A stretch of DNA of 64,000 nucleotides, from positions 20,599-84,598 of the forward strand of contig JALGWI010000001.1 in assembly GCA_025774245.1 (NCBI GenBank). The letters run 5' to 3'. The DNA comes from a bacterium. GTDB lineage: Bacteria; Joyebacterota; Joyebacteria; Joyebacterales; Joyebacteraceae. Positions 55,006 through 63,375 of this stretch are shown in pieces (the first letter of the stretch is position 1; the number at the start of each line of letters is the position of its first letter). A program made the position numbers and the translations under genes. The notes under the pieces are model-generated. The model ran no database searches. It was given only the letters and a program-made list of their open reading frames with translations, and was not told the origin of the DNA.

Positions 55006-55869
55006 ATGGAGTTCTCCACCCTCATCTGGACGACTATCGGGGTCATCCTGACGCTCTGCGTCTACAGCTTCCTGTACAAGGACAACCCGTTCTACAAGTT
55101 CGCCGAACACCTGGTCGTCGGCGCGTCGGCCGGCTACTACCTCGTCATCTACTACTACAACTTCATCGACCCGAACGTCGTGCGTCCGGTCTTCCAGCTC
55201 GAGCACGGTGGCCAGGCCATCGCGCTCGGCGGCTTCGAGTGGTGGATGGCGCTCATCCCCGGTCTCCTCGGCCTCCTTCTCTACGCGCGGTTCTTCCCCA
55301 AGATCGCGTGGGTAGGACGCTGGCCGCTCGGCATCTACGTCGGCGGTTACGCCGGTCTCGGCATCTCGCCGGTGATGCAGGCGCGCGTCATCGATCAGAT
55401 GCGGGCCGCTTCGTCGCCCCTGGCCTCGATCGTCGGGCCGGGCGAGGTGGTCGATCCGTTCGCCGCGGTGACGAACACCGCACTCGGCTTCGTCATCTTC
55501 GCCGTGATGACCTATTTCCTCCTCGCGAAGCGGCACCTCGGCTCCAGGGGAATCGCCGCGATGATCGGGGTGATCGCCGCCTCGGCCGTCGTCGGCTACG
55601 GTGGCTATGTGGTGCTGACGGCGTTGTCGGCTGCGAACGTCGTGTCGACGACGAGCATCCTCCTGGTCGTCGGGCTCCTCGGTACCCTCGCGTACTTCTT
55701 CTTCTCTCTGAGGCACACGGGCCTCCTGGGCGGGCTCGCCCGGATCGGCATCGTGTTCCTCATGGTGGGATTCGGCGCCTCATTCGGCTACACGGTCATG
55801 TCGAGAATCTCGCTCCTGATCGGCAGGGTGGGTTTCCTCATCGACTGGATCGGGATGTTCTCCTCGTAG
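55006..55869 (+). CDS. Cassette 1, protein D: polytopic membrane protein (~7 predicted TM helices). Family unknown.
   Basis: In track ORF 54883..55869. ATG 55006 with GGAGG 5 nt upstream. LIWTTIGVILTLCVYSFLYKDNPFYKF...GFGASFGYTVMSRISLLIGR. Confidence 0.55.
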   Translation: MEFSTLIWTTIGVILTLCVYSFLYKDNPFYKFAEHLVVGASAGYYLVIYYYNFIDPNVVRPVFQLEHGGQAIALGGFEWWMALIPGLLGLLLYARFFPKIAWVGRWPLGIYVGGYAGLGISPVMQARVIDQMRAASSPLASIVGPGEVVDPFAAVTNTALGFVIFAVMTYFLLAKRHLGSRGIAAMIGVIAASAVVGYGGYVVLTALSAANVVSTTSILLVVGLLGTLAYFFFSLRHTGLLGGLARIGIVFLMVGFGASFGYTVMSRISLLIGRVGFLIDWIGMFSS

Positions 55870-55949
55870 GCCGGTGGACCTGATGGACAGACCGCCGCCC
55901 GCGGGGCGGCCGAGGGGAGCGAAGAACGCCCCCTCTTTTCTCGTCACGG

Positions 55950-57182
55950 ATGCGCGGTTCGATGATGAGAGCATCTCTTGCAGTTCTCTCCATACTCGTG
56001 CTCTCCCTCACGTTCGGCTGGGCGTGGGCCCAGGACGAACTCGTGCTTGAGGGCGTTGAGCCCGCGTTGTCCGACACCCTTCCGCCAGATCTGATCCCGC
56101 CAGCGCCTGCCGCCGGCCTCACTGCCGTCGACTACGTCGACAACAACGACTCCGGAAACAAGATCGACCTCTCCTGGACGACCTCGCCGGACGACGGCGA
56201 CGGAGCGGCCGACGTCACCGGCTACCAGGTCTGGAGGTCGGAGACGGCCGCCGGGCCGGGAGACACGCTCGCGTTCGTCGCGGCGGGGCAGGCCGGCTAT
56301 CTCGACGAGACCGCTGAGCCCGGCACGCCCTACTACTACAGCGTCACCGCCTTCGACGGCACGAACCACTCCGACGCCGTCTCCTTCGGCCCCGTCGCGG
56401 GCGCCCGCAACTGGTTCACCGCCACGCGCGCCGCCGTCCTCGTGCTCGTGTCGGTCTTCTTCGGCCTGGTCCTCGTCTTCACGCAGCTCGCGGAGCGGGG
56501 CGCCAAGCTCTTCGTGCGCCGCATTCCCGGCCTGAACGCGATCGAGGAGGCCGTCGGACGCGCCACCGAGATGGGCAGGCCGGTCCTCTACGTTCCCGGC
56601 ATCGGCGAGATCGACAACATCATGACGATCGCGTCTCTGACGATCCTCTCGCACGTGGCGAAGATCACGGCGCGCTACGAGACGCCGCTCATCGTCCCCA
56701 CCGCGCGGGCGGTCGTTATGTCGGCGGCCGAGGAGGTCGTCAAGGAGGCCTACGCGGAAGTGGGGAAGCCGGACGCGTACAACCGCGACAACATCCGGTA
56801 CCTCTCGGACGCGCAGTTCGCCTTCGCCGGGGCCGTGAACGGCATCATGCTCAGGGAGAAGCCGGCAGCGAACCTGTATCTCGGCGCGTTCTGGGCCGAG
56901 TCGCTCCTCCTGGCGGAGACCGGATTCGAGGCCGGGGCGATCCAGGTCGCCGGGACCGCGATGGTCTCGCAGCTCCCGTTCTTCGTGACGGCGTGCGACT
57001 ACACACTCCTCGGAGAGGAGCTCTACGCCGCGAGCGCGTACCTCTCGCGCGAGCCCAAGCTCCTCGGCGGGCTCAAGGGCTCCGACTGGATGAAGGTCGT
57101 CACGATCGTCCTCATCGCGGCCGGCATCATCATGAACCTCGTGGGCGCGGACGCGTTCGTCGAGTGGTTCCACACGAGCTAG
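55950..57182 (+). CDS. Cassette 2, protein A' (paralog of 52110..53348): signal peptide, Fn3-like ectodomain, TM, conserved domain, C-terminal TM
   Basis: SLAVLSILVLSLTFGWAWAQ. IDLSWTTSPDDGDGAADVTGYQVWRSE...PYYYSVTAFDGTNHSD. RATEMGRPVLYVPG...LPFFVTACDYTLLGEELYAASAYLSREPKLLGGLKG. Confidence 0.6.
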   Translation: MRGSMMRASLAVLSILVLSLTFGWAWAQDELVLEGVEPALSDTLPPDLIPPAPAAGLTAVDYVDNNDSGNKIDLSWTTSPDDGDGAADVTGYQVWRSETAAGPGDTLAFVAAGQAGYLDETAEPGTPYYYSVTAFDGTNHSDAVSFGPVAGARNWFTATRAAVLVLVSVFFGLVLVFTQLAERGAKLFVRRIPGLNAIEEAVGRATEMGRPVLYVPGIGEIDNIMTIASLTILSHVAKITARYETPLIVPTARAVVMSAAEEVVKEAYAEVGKPDAYNRDNIRYLSDAQFAFAGAVNGIMLREKPAANLYLGAFWAESLLLAETGFEAGAIQVAGTAMVSQLPFFVTACDYTLLGEELYAASAYLSREPKLLGGLKGSDWMKVVTIVLIAAGIIMNLVGADAFVEWFHTS

Positions 57183-57194
57183 CGGAGTGACCCT

Positions 57195-57869
57195 GTGAGA
57201 AGAGAGATCCCGATAGCGATCACGTTTCTGATCGGCATCTTCATGATCGTCGACTTCTTCGTCCCGCACACGGCCGTGACCACGGCCGCGGACGAGATCA
57301 AGCAGTGGGGGATCATCGTGATCGCCGCCTCGATCCTGCTCGGGATCGGGAACCTCGTCAGGGTCCACTCGAAGAACATCGCCAGGAAGAACAGAGGGTG
57401 GGGCTACAGCATCATCACGCTCGCGGTCATGGCGGTGATGCTCTTCCTCGGCCTGTGGCCCGGAGCGCACCTGGGCCCGAACGAGGCGATCGGGACCGTG
57501 TCGGAGGGAACGCCCTTCAACTGGATGTTCATTCACATGCAGGTGCCGCTCCAGAGCACGATGTTCTCGCTCCTGGCCTTCTTCATCGCGTCGGCCGCGT
57601 ATCGCGCGTTTCGCCTGCGCTCCGCGGAGTCGAGTCTCCTGCTCATTGCCGCGATCATCGTCATGCTCGGTCGCGTTCCCCTTGGGGCGTACCTCACGAG
57701 GAACCTGCCGGAGCACGCGCAGCTCCCGTGGATCACGGAGACGATCATGGCCTATCCGAACATGGCGGCGTTTCGGGGGATCCTCATGGGCGCCGCGCTC
57801 GGCGTGATGGCGATGGGTCTTCGTATCATCCTCGGGATCGAGCGATCGTATCTGGGCGGAGAGAAATAG
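57195..57869 (+). CDS. Cassette 2, protein B' (paralog of 53409..54041)
   Basis: GTG start. TMFSLLAFFIASAAYRAFR ... LRIILGIERSYLGG versus B TMFSLLAFYVASAAFRAFR ... LKIILGIERAWMGG. Confidence 0.55.
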   Translation: MRREIPIAITFLIGIFMIVDFFVPHTAVTTAADEIKQWGIIVIAASILLGIGNLVRVHSKNIARKNRGWGYSIITLAVMAVMLFLGLWPGAHLGPNEAIGTVSEGTPFNWMFIHMQVPLQSTMFSLLAFFIASAAYRAFRLRSAESSLLLIAAIIVMLGRVPLGAYLTRNLPEHAQLPWITETIMAYPNMAAFRGILMGAALGVMAMGLRIILGIERSYLGGEK

Positions 57870-57885
57870 GGGGGAAGCGGAGCGG

Positions 57886-58740
57886 ATGGCGAAGGGATTC
57901 GACATACGGAGCATCGACCGCAGGATCATCTTCGTGCTGATCTTCGTGGCGGTCGCGATCCCGCTCATCAAGCCCCTCGGGCTCCCGGTCGGTGTCTCGC
58001 CGCCCGTCCAGTCGCTCTACGACGCCGTCGACGCGCTGCCGCCGGGGACGATCGTCATGCTGGGTGGCGACTACAGCCCCGACACGGTTGCCGAACTCCA
58101 GCCGATGGCGATCGCGTTCCTGCGCCACGCCTTCAGGAACGACCTTCGGGTCGTGATCACGTGCCTCTGGCCGGCCTCGCCGCCGCTCGTCGAGGCCGCG
58201 CTGGCGCCGCTCGTGGATGAGTTCGACAAGGAGTACGGGGTCGACTACGTGAACCTGGGGTACATGACCGGCGGTCCCGTGACGATCCTGGGCATGGGCA
58301 ACAGCATCCCGGGCACGTTCCCTCGGGACTACTACGGCACGCCGGTCGCAGAGATCCCACTCATGCGGGAGGTCGACAACCTCGACGACATCGAGCTCGT
58401 GATGGAGGTGTCTGCCGGCACCCCGGGCACGCGGGAGTGGGTGCAGCAGGCCGTGAGCAGGTTCAGCGTCACCCTCGGGGCCGGCACGACGGCCGTCGGC
58501 GCGCCGAATTTCTATCCGTACATATCGAGCGGGCAGCTGGTCGGGCTCCTCGGAGGACTCAAGGGCGCCGCCGAGTACGAGATCCTCGTGGGTGCCCCGG
58601 CGGACGCGGTGAAGGGCATGGACGCCCAGTCGATCGTGCACGCTCTCATCGTCTTCTTCATCCTGTTCGGGAACGTGGTCTACTTCGTGAGCGGGCGTCC
58701 TTCGGCAGGCTCGCTGACGGCATCGAGGGGTGAGCGATGA
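57886..58740 (+). CDS. Cassette 2, protein C' (paralog of 54087..54944)
   Basis: GGAGCGG RBS. IIFVLIFVAVAIPLIKPLGLPV ... LVGLLGGLKGAAEYEILVG ... IVHALIVFFILFGNVVYF. Confidence 0.55.
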   Translation: MAKGFDIRSIDRRIIFVLIFVAVAIPLIKPLGLPVGVSPPVQSLYDAVDALPPGTIVMLGGDYSPDTVAELQPMAIAFLRHAFRNDLRVVITCLWPASPPLVEAALAPLVDEFDKEYGVDYVNLGYMTGGPVTILGMGNSIPGTFPRDYYGTPVAEIPLMREVDNLDDIELVMEVSAGTPGTREWVQQAVSRFSVTLGAGTTAVGAPNFYPYISSGQLVGLLGGLKGAAEYEILVGAPADAVKGMDAQSIVHALIVFFILFGNVVYFVSGRPSAGSLTASRGER

Positions 58741-59423
58741 GCAGCTGGGTGGAGCAGTTCTTCGGTGGCGGGGCCGGGACGTCGGCGGCGATGTTCTGGG
58801 GCACGTGGGTCGCCGCGCTCCTCACGCTCTGCATCTACAGCTTTCTGTACAGGGACAACCCGCTCTACAAGTTCGCGGAGAGCCTCTTCGTCGGGATCGG
58901 CGCCGCGTACTGGCTCGCGATCCTCTACCACAACACCCTCAAGCCGAAGCTCTTCGTCGCGCTCTTTCCGGGTGACTCGGGCGAGCCGGTCCTCTGGTAC
59001 CGCATTTTCCCGGGCATCCTCGCGGTCTTCATGCTCCTCAGGTTCTACCCGAAGATCTCCTGGCTCTCGCGCTGGTCCCTCGCGTTCATCGTGGGGATGT
59101 ACGCGGCCGTCAACCTGACGGGATTCGCGCAGGCGGACTTCGTCGAGCAGATCTACGCGACGATGAGGACCCCGCTGGTCGGCGGGGGAGCCCTCTTGTT
59201 CATCCTGAACCTGTCCGCGATCATCGGCGTCGTCTCGGTTCTGATCTACTTCTTCTTCTCGAAAGAGCACAAGGGCCCCATCGGCGCCGTGGCCAAGGTC
59301 GGGATCTGGTTCCTCATGGTGGCCTTCGGGGCGTCTTTTGGATACACGGTGATGGGGCGCGTCTCCCTCCTGATCGGGAGAATGACGTTCCTCCTCAGGG
59401 ACTGGCTGCACGTTATCGACTAG
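58737..59423 (+). CDS. Cassette 2, protein D' (paralog of 55006..55869, shorter)
   Basis: ATG overlaps the C' stop (ATGA). LTLCIYSFLYRDNPLYKFAESL ... AFGASFGYTVMGRVSLLIGR. Confidence 0.55.
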   Translation: MSSWVEQFFGGGAGTSAAMFWGTWVAALLTLCIYSFLYRDNPLYKFAESLFVGIGAAYWLAILYHNTLKPKLFVALFPGDSGEPVLWYRIFPGILAVFMLLRFYPKISWLSRWSLAFIVGMYAAVNLTGFAQADFVEQIYATMRTPLVGGGALLFILNLSAIIGVVSVLIYFFFSKEHKGPIGAVAKVGIWFLMVAFGASFGYTVMGRVSLLIGRMTFLLRDWLHVID

Positions 59424-59550
59424 CCCCGCCCGGTTCCCGGGGCTTCTGCCGCCCGACTGCGAGCCCCCCGCACCATTCGCGACCACCGATTCGTTCCGTG
59501 GGCGAGCGCGCCCGCGCGGATGCGGCCGTCTGATCATCGGAGATCGAAGA

Positions 59551-60357
59551 GTGACATCCTGGCGCTTCCTCGACACGGGGGCGCGCGACGGCGCGACCAA
59601 CATGGCGATCGACGAGGCGCTCCTCCTGGGAGTCCAGCGGGGGAGCTCTCGGCCGACGGTGCGCGTCTACGCGTGGGACCCGCCGACGGTGTCGACCGGC
59701 CACTCGCAGCGCGCGGAGGACGAGCTCGACCTTGCGGCCTGCGGGCGGGCGGGCGTCGGGGTCGTGCGGCGGCCGACCGGCGGACGCGCGGTGCTGCACG
59801 CCGGCGAGCTTACCTACTCGGTGACGGGCCCCTCGTGTGTCCCGCCGCTCGGGGGGACCATCATGGAGTCGTACCGCGCCGTGGCGCTCGGGCTGATCGC
59901 GGCCCTCCGGTCCTTAGGCGTCGACGCCGAGTTCGAGCGCGTGGCCACGGAGGCGCGGGGGAGGGAGGGCGGCGCGAGCCCGCCGTGCTTCGTGAGCGCC
60001 GGCCGCTTCGAGATCGTGGTCGGCGGGCGCAAGCTCGTGGGGAGCGCGCAGAGACGCGCCGAGGGAGCAGTGCTGCAACACGGCTCGCTCCTCCTCGACG
60101 GCACGCACGCCGGGCTCGCCGACCTCGTGCACGCGCGCAACGAGCGGGAGCGAGCCGTGTTACGGCGCTCCCTCGAATCGAAGACGACCGACCTCTCGAC
60201 CATCCTGGGTCGCGGCGTCGCGTTCGACGAGATCGCTCCGGCGATCAGGGGCGGATTCGGGGAAGCGTGGGGCATCGAACTGGCTGAGGGGCCGCTCACC
60301 GAACCCGAGATGGAGGAGGCCCAGCACCTTGCAACTGGCTATGAGCTGGTCGCTTAG
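59551..60357 (+). CDS. Lipoate-protein ligase / octanoyltransferase family protein (BPL/LPL catalytic domain)
   Basis: GTG start. WRFLDTGARDGATNMAIDEALL, RRPTGGRAVLH, and the substrate-binding Lys region in ...GRKLVGSAQRR. Confidence 0.6.
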   Translation: MTSWRFLDTGARDGATNMAIDEALLLGVQRGSSRPTVRVYAWDPPTVSTGHSQRAEDELDLAACGRAGVGVVRRPTGGRAVLHAGELTYSVTGPSCVPPLGGTIMESYRAVALGLIAALRSLGVDAEFERVATEARGREGGASPPCFVSAGRFEIVVGGRKLVGSAQRRAEGAVLQHGSLLLDGTHAGLADLVHARNERERAVLRRSLESKTTDLSTILGRGVAFDEIAPAIRGGFGEAWGIELAEGPLTEPEMEEAQHLATGYELVA

Positions 60358-60373
60358 ACGCGGCAGAAAGCAG

Positions 60374-60402
60374 TTGACAGTCCTTGCGCAGCGGTGTAGC
60401 AT
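60374..60402 (+). promoter_or_regulatory. Candidate sigma70-type promoter (TTGACA, 17 nt, TAGCAT) ~100 nt upstream of the TonB-dependent receptor gene
   Basis: Read directly: cagTTGACAgtccttgcgcagcggtgTAGCATgcc. Confidence 0.3.
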
Positions 60403-60499
60403 GCCAAGTAGAGGAGACGAGCGACCGGTCCTCGCCTATTCCCCGGGCGAAGCAGCGTGTATCTGTGTGCCGGACAACCCCCGAGGAGATGATGAGAGA

Positions 60500-63244
60500 A
60501 TGAGACTACCGAGACCGAAGTCCCGGGAGAACGGACTCGCATGTGTGCTTCTCGCGTGCATTCTCGTGACGCTCATGGCCTCGGTCCCCGCGTTTGGGCA
60601 GGGGACGGGCAAGATCACGGGGGTTGTGTCCGACGGCGACACGGGGGGCCCCCTCGCGTGGGGCAACGTGTCCGTCGTGGGGACGCCCTACGGCGCCACG
60701 ACGAACCAGGCGGGCGAGTACGTCATCGACTTCGTGCCCGTGGGTACGTATGTCGTGCAGGCGTCGTTCATGGGTTACACGGCGCAGAGGGTGGCGGACG
60801 TGGCGGTGACGCAGGATCGCTCGACCGAGGTCAACTTCGTGCTCCCCAGTGAGATTCTGGAGGCTGAGGAGGTGGTCGTCGAGGCTCTGCGGCCGATTAT
60901 CGACACCGAGGCCACCGCAACGCGCAGGCAGATGGACAGCGAAGAGGTCAAGGTCCGGCCGATCAACACCATCGAGGAGGCGATCGCGACGCAGCCGGGC
61001 GTCGTCCTGCACGAGGGCGAGATCCACGTGCGAGGCGGCCGAGCCGGCGAGGTCAAGATGTACGTCGACGGCGTGGCCATCAGCAACAACGCGACCGGCA
61101 CTGGCGGCCTCGAGGTCAGCCTCTCCTCGCTGTCCGAGTTCGAGCTCCTCTCGGGTGGATTCGACGCCGAGTACGGCAACGTGCAGTCGGGCGTCATCAA
61201 CCTCCAGACGAGAGAGGGCGGCAGGAAATTCTCGGGCGAGGTCAGGTACCTGACCGACGACTTCGGAGCGCCCGAGAAGACCTACGACAACTTCGACAAC
61301 CTGAGGTTCGGCATGGGCGGTCCGCTCTTCACCGAGAAGCTCCGTTACTACGTCTCCGGCGAGGGGCGCTTCAGCGACACCTACCTCAAGACGAGCGAGG
61401 TCAGGCCGCGGACCGAGCACGAGATCCTCGGGTTCAGCGTCACGGCTCGCGAGCGCCAGGCCGCCCTCGTCTCCGGCCAGGGCAAGATCTCTTACTTCCT
61501 GACGCCCACGAGGAAGCTCACCGGCGAGTATCTGATGTCGCAGACCAGGTCCGACTACTACGACCACCGCTACTCGCGCCTGGGCTACTGGTCGCGCGAG
61601 TACGAGGATTGGTCGCACGTGGCGCTCGACACGACCTACGCGGCGTACAACGCGGCCGAGCACACGCCCGAGACGGTCACCGAGTTCACGCAGACGAAGT
61701 TCTCGTGGCGGGACGCCGTGAGCCCCACGACGTTCTACACGCTGCGGGTGGCCTGGTTCAGCTCCGACCAGACGTTCCAGCTCAACGAGGATCCGAACAG
61801 GTACTGGTGGGAGGCCTACGTCGCCGGCGCGCGCTTCACCGACCCCGACTCGAACGGCAACCTGAACCCCGAGCCGGGATACTACAGGGTCTGGGGAGAC
61901 CTGCTCGGGTGGACCCATCAGGTCAGCAAGGCGACGACGATCAAGGCCGACCTCACGAACCAGAGCAGCGCGACGCACCAGCTCAAGAGCGGCTTCGAGA
62001 TCGTGTACAACGAGCTCGACGTCACCGAGTTGTCCCTGGGGAGTCTCATCCCGAGCGCGAGCGACACGCTCGTGGATGGCTACAAGTTCTTCGACTGGGA
62101 CAGGGCGCTCAACACTGACGAGCGCAACTTGCACAACATCTACAACGGCTTCCCCGCGAATGGCGCCATCTACCTGCAGGACAGGATGCGATACGAGGGG
62201 ATGATCGTGAGGGCGGGCCTGAGGCTCGACTGGTCCGATCCGGGCCCGGCCTCGGGCGTCGGCGAGTACCAGATCTGGCGTGAGAGGATGAAGGCGGTCC
62301 TCTCGCCGAGGCTCGGCATCGCTCACCCGATCTCCGACCGGGACGCGCTCCACTTCCACTACGGCAGGTTCTACCAGATGCCGCACCTCACCGCCTACTA
62401 CGAGGCGGGGGAGGATCTCGAGAACGCGGCCGCCGGCCGGGTGATCGGTTACTCCGGCCTCGAGCCCGAGGTCACGACGTCGTACCAGTTCGGCGCGGAG
62501 CACCAGTTCTCCCAGAACCTGGCGATGGACGTGACCGGGTTCTACAAGGACATCTTCGGGCTCCTCGCGACGGAGACGTTCAGAAGAGGGCCGACCGAGG
62601 GCACGGTCTATCCATACGTGAACAAGGACTACGCGTCCGTGAGGGGGGTCGAGTTCAAGCTCACGAAGCGGTTCTCGAATTACTTCTCGGGCAACTTCAG
62701 CTACACCTGGCTCCACGCGACCGGCGTATCGTCCGACCCGAATCAGGGTGCCCAGGCCGACCAGGACGACGCGATCAAGCGTGAGCCTCTGAAGGAGATC
62801 CCGCTCGACTGGGACGAGCGGCACACCGTGACCGGGTTCCTCTTCTTCAGCGATCCGGGGAACTGGGAGGTCACGTTTGACTATAACTACGGCAGCGGGT
62901 CGCCCTACACCCCTCAGTTCCTGGGGCAGAAGGTCATCATCCCCGAGACCGTGAACTCCGGGAGGCTGCCGTCGCACCAGGTGCTGAACATGCGGGGCAC
63001 CAAGAAGTACAAGCTGTACGGTCAGGAGTTCAGGCTGTTTTTCGAGGCACTGAACGTCTTCGACAAGAGGAACGTCGTCCGTCTCGGCGCCTACGGAGCG
63101 GAGTACTACACCGAGGCGGGAGACCCGGGCGGGGGCTTCGTGGAGGTCGACCAGGAGGGCCGTGAGTATCTCCAGCCGCTTCGTGATCCGTCGTCCTACG
63201 CGGAGGGCCTCACCATCAGAATCGGCGTCGCCATCGATTGGTAG
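60500..63244 (+). CDS. TonB-dependent outer-membrane receptor with an N-terminal carboxypeptidase-regulatory-like domain (SusC/RagA-like architecture)
   Basis: In track ORF 60329..63244. Start at M58 (MRLPRPKSRENGLACVLLACILVTLMASVPAFGQ; GAGGAG upstream). GKITGVVSDGDTGGPLAWGNVSVVGTPYGATTNQAGEYVI (CarbopepD_reg-like). Plug motifs ...IEEAIATQPGVVL...VRGGRAGEVKMYVDGV. C-terminus ...EGLTIRIGVAIDW. Confidence 0.8.
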   Translation: MRLPRPKSRENGLACVLLACILVTLMASVPAFGQGTGKITGVVSDGDTGGPLAWGNVSVVGTPYGATTNQAGEYVIDFVPVGTYVVQASFMGYTAQRVADVAVTQDRSTEVNFVLPSEILEAEEVVVEALRPIIDTEATATRRQMDSEEVKVRPINTIEEAIATQPGVVLHEGEIHVRGGRAGEVKMYVDGVAISNNATGTGGLEVSLSSLSEFELLSGGFDAEYGNVQSGVINLQTREGGRKFSGEVRYLTDDFGAPEKTYDNFDNLRFGMGGPLFTEKLRYYVSGEGRFSDTYLKTSEVRPRTEHEILGFSVTARERQAALVSGQGKISYFLTPTRKLTGEYLMSQTRSDYYDHRYSRLGYWSREYEDWSHVALDTTYAAYNAAEHTPETVTEFTQTKFSWRDAVSPTTFYTLRVAWFSSDQTFQLNEDPNRYWWEAYVAGARFTDPDSNGNLNPEPGYYRVWGDLLGWTHQVSKATTIKADLTNQSSATHQLKSGFEIVYNELDVTELSLGSLIPSASDTLVDGYKFFDWDRALNTDERNLHNIYNGFPANGAIYLQDRMRYEGMIVRAGLRLDWSDPGPASGVGEYQIWRERMKAVLSPRLGIAHPISDRDALHFHYGRFYQMPHLTAYYEAGEDLENAAAGRVIGYSGLEPEVTTSYQFGAEHQFSQNLAMDVTGFYKDIFGLLATETFRRGPTEGTVYPYVNKDYASVRGVEFKLTKRFSNYFSGNFSYTWLHATGVSSDPNQGAQADQDDAIKREPLKEIPLDWDERHTVTGFLFFSDPGNWEVTFDYNYGSGSPYTPQFLGQKVIIPETVNSGRLPSHQVLNMRGTKKYKLYGQEFRLFFEALNVFDKRNVVRLGAYGAEYYTEAGDPGGGFVEVDQEGREYLQPLRDPSSYAEGLTIRIGVAIDW

Positions 63245-63375
63245 CCGGTGCCATGAAGCCAGGGGGAGCGGGCGCATCGCCCGAGCGCCCGCCGTCATGA
63301 ACTTCCACGAGGCATCGACGCCGGGGTGACGACGTCAAAGACCATGTACCAGCAGTGTCCGCACGGAGGTAGTGG

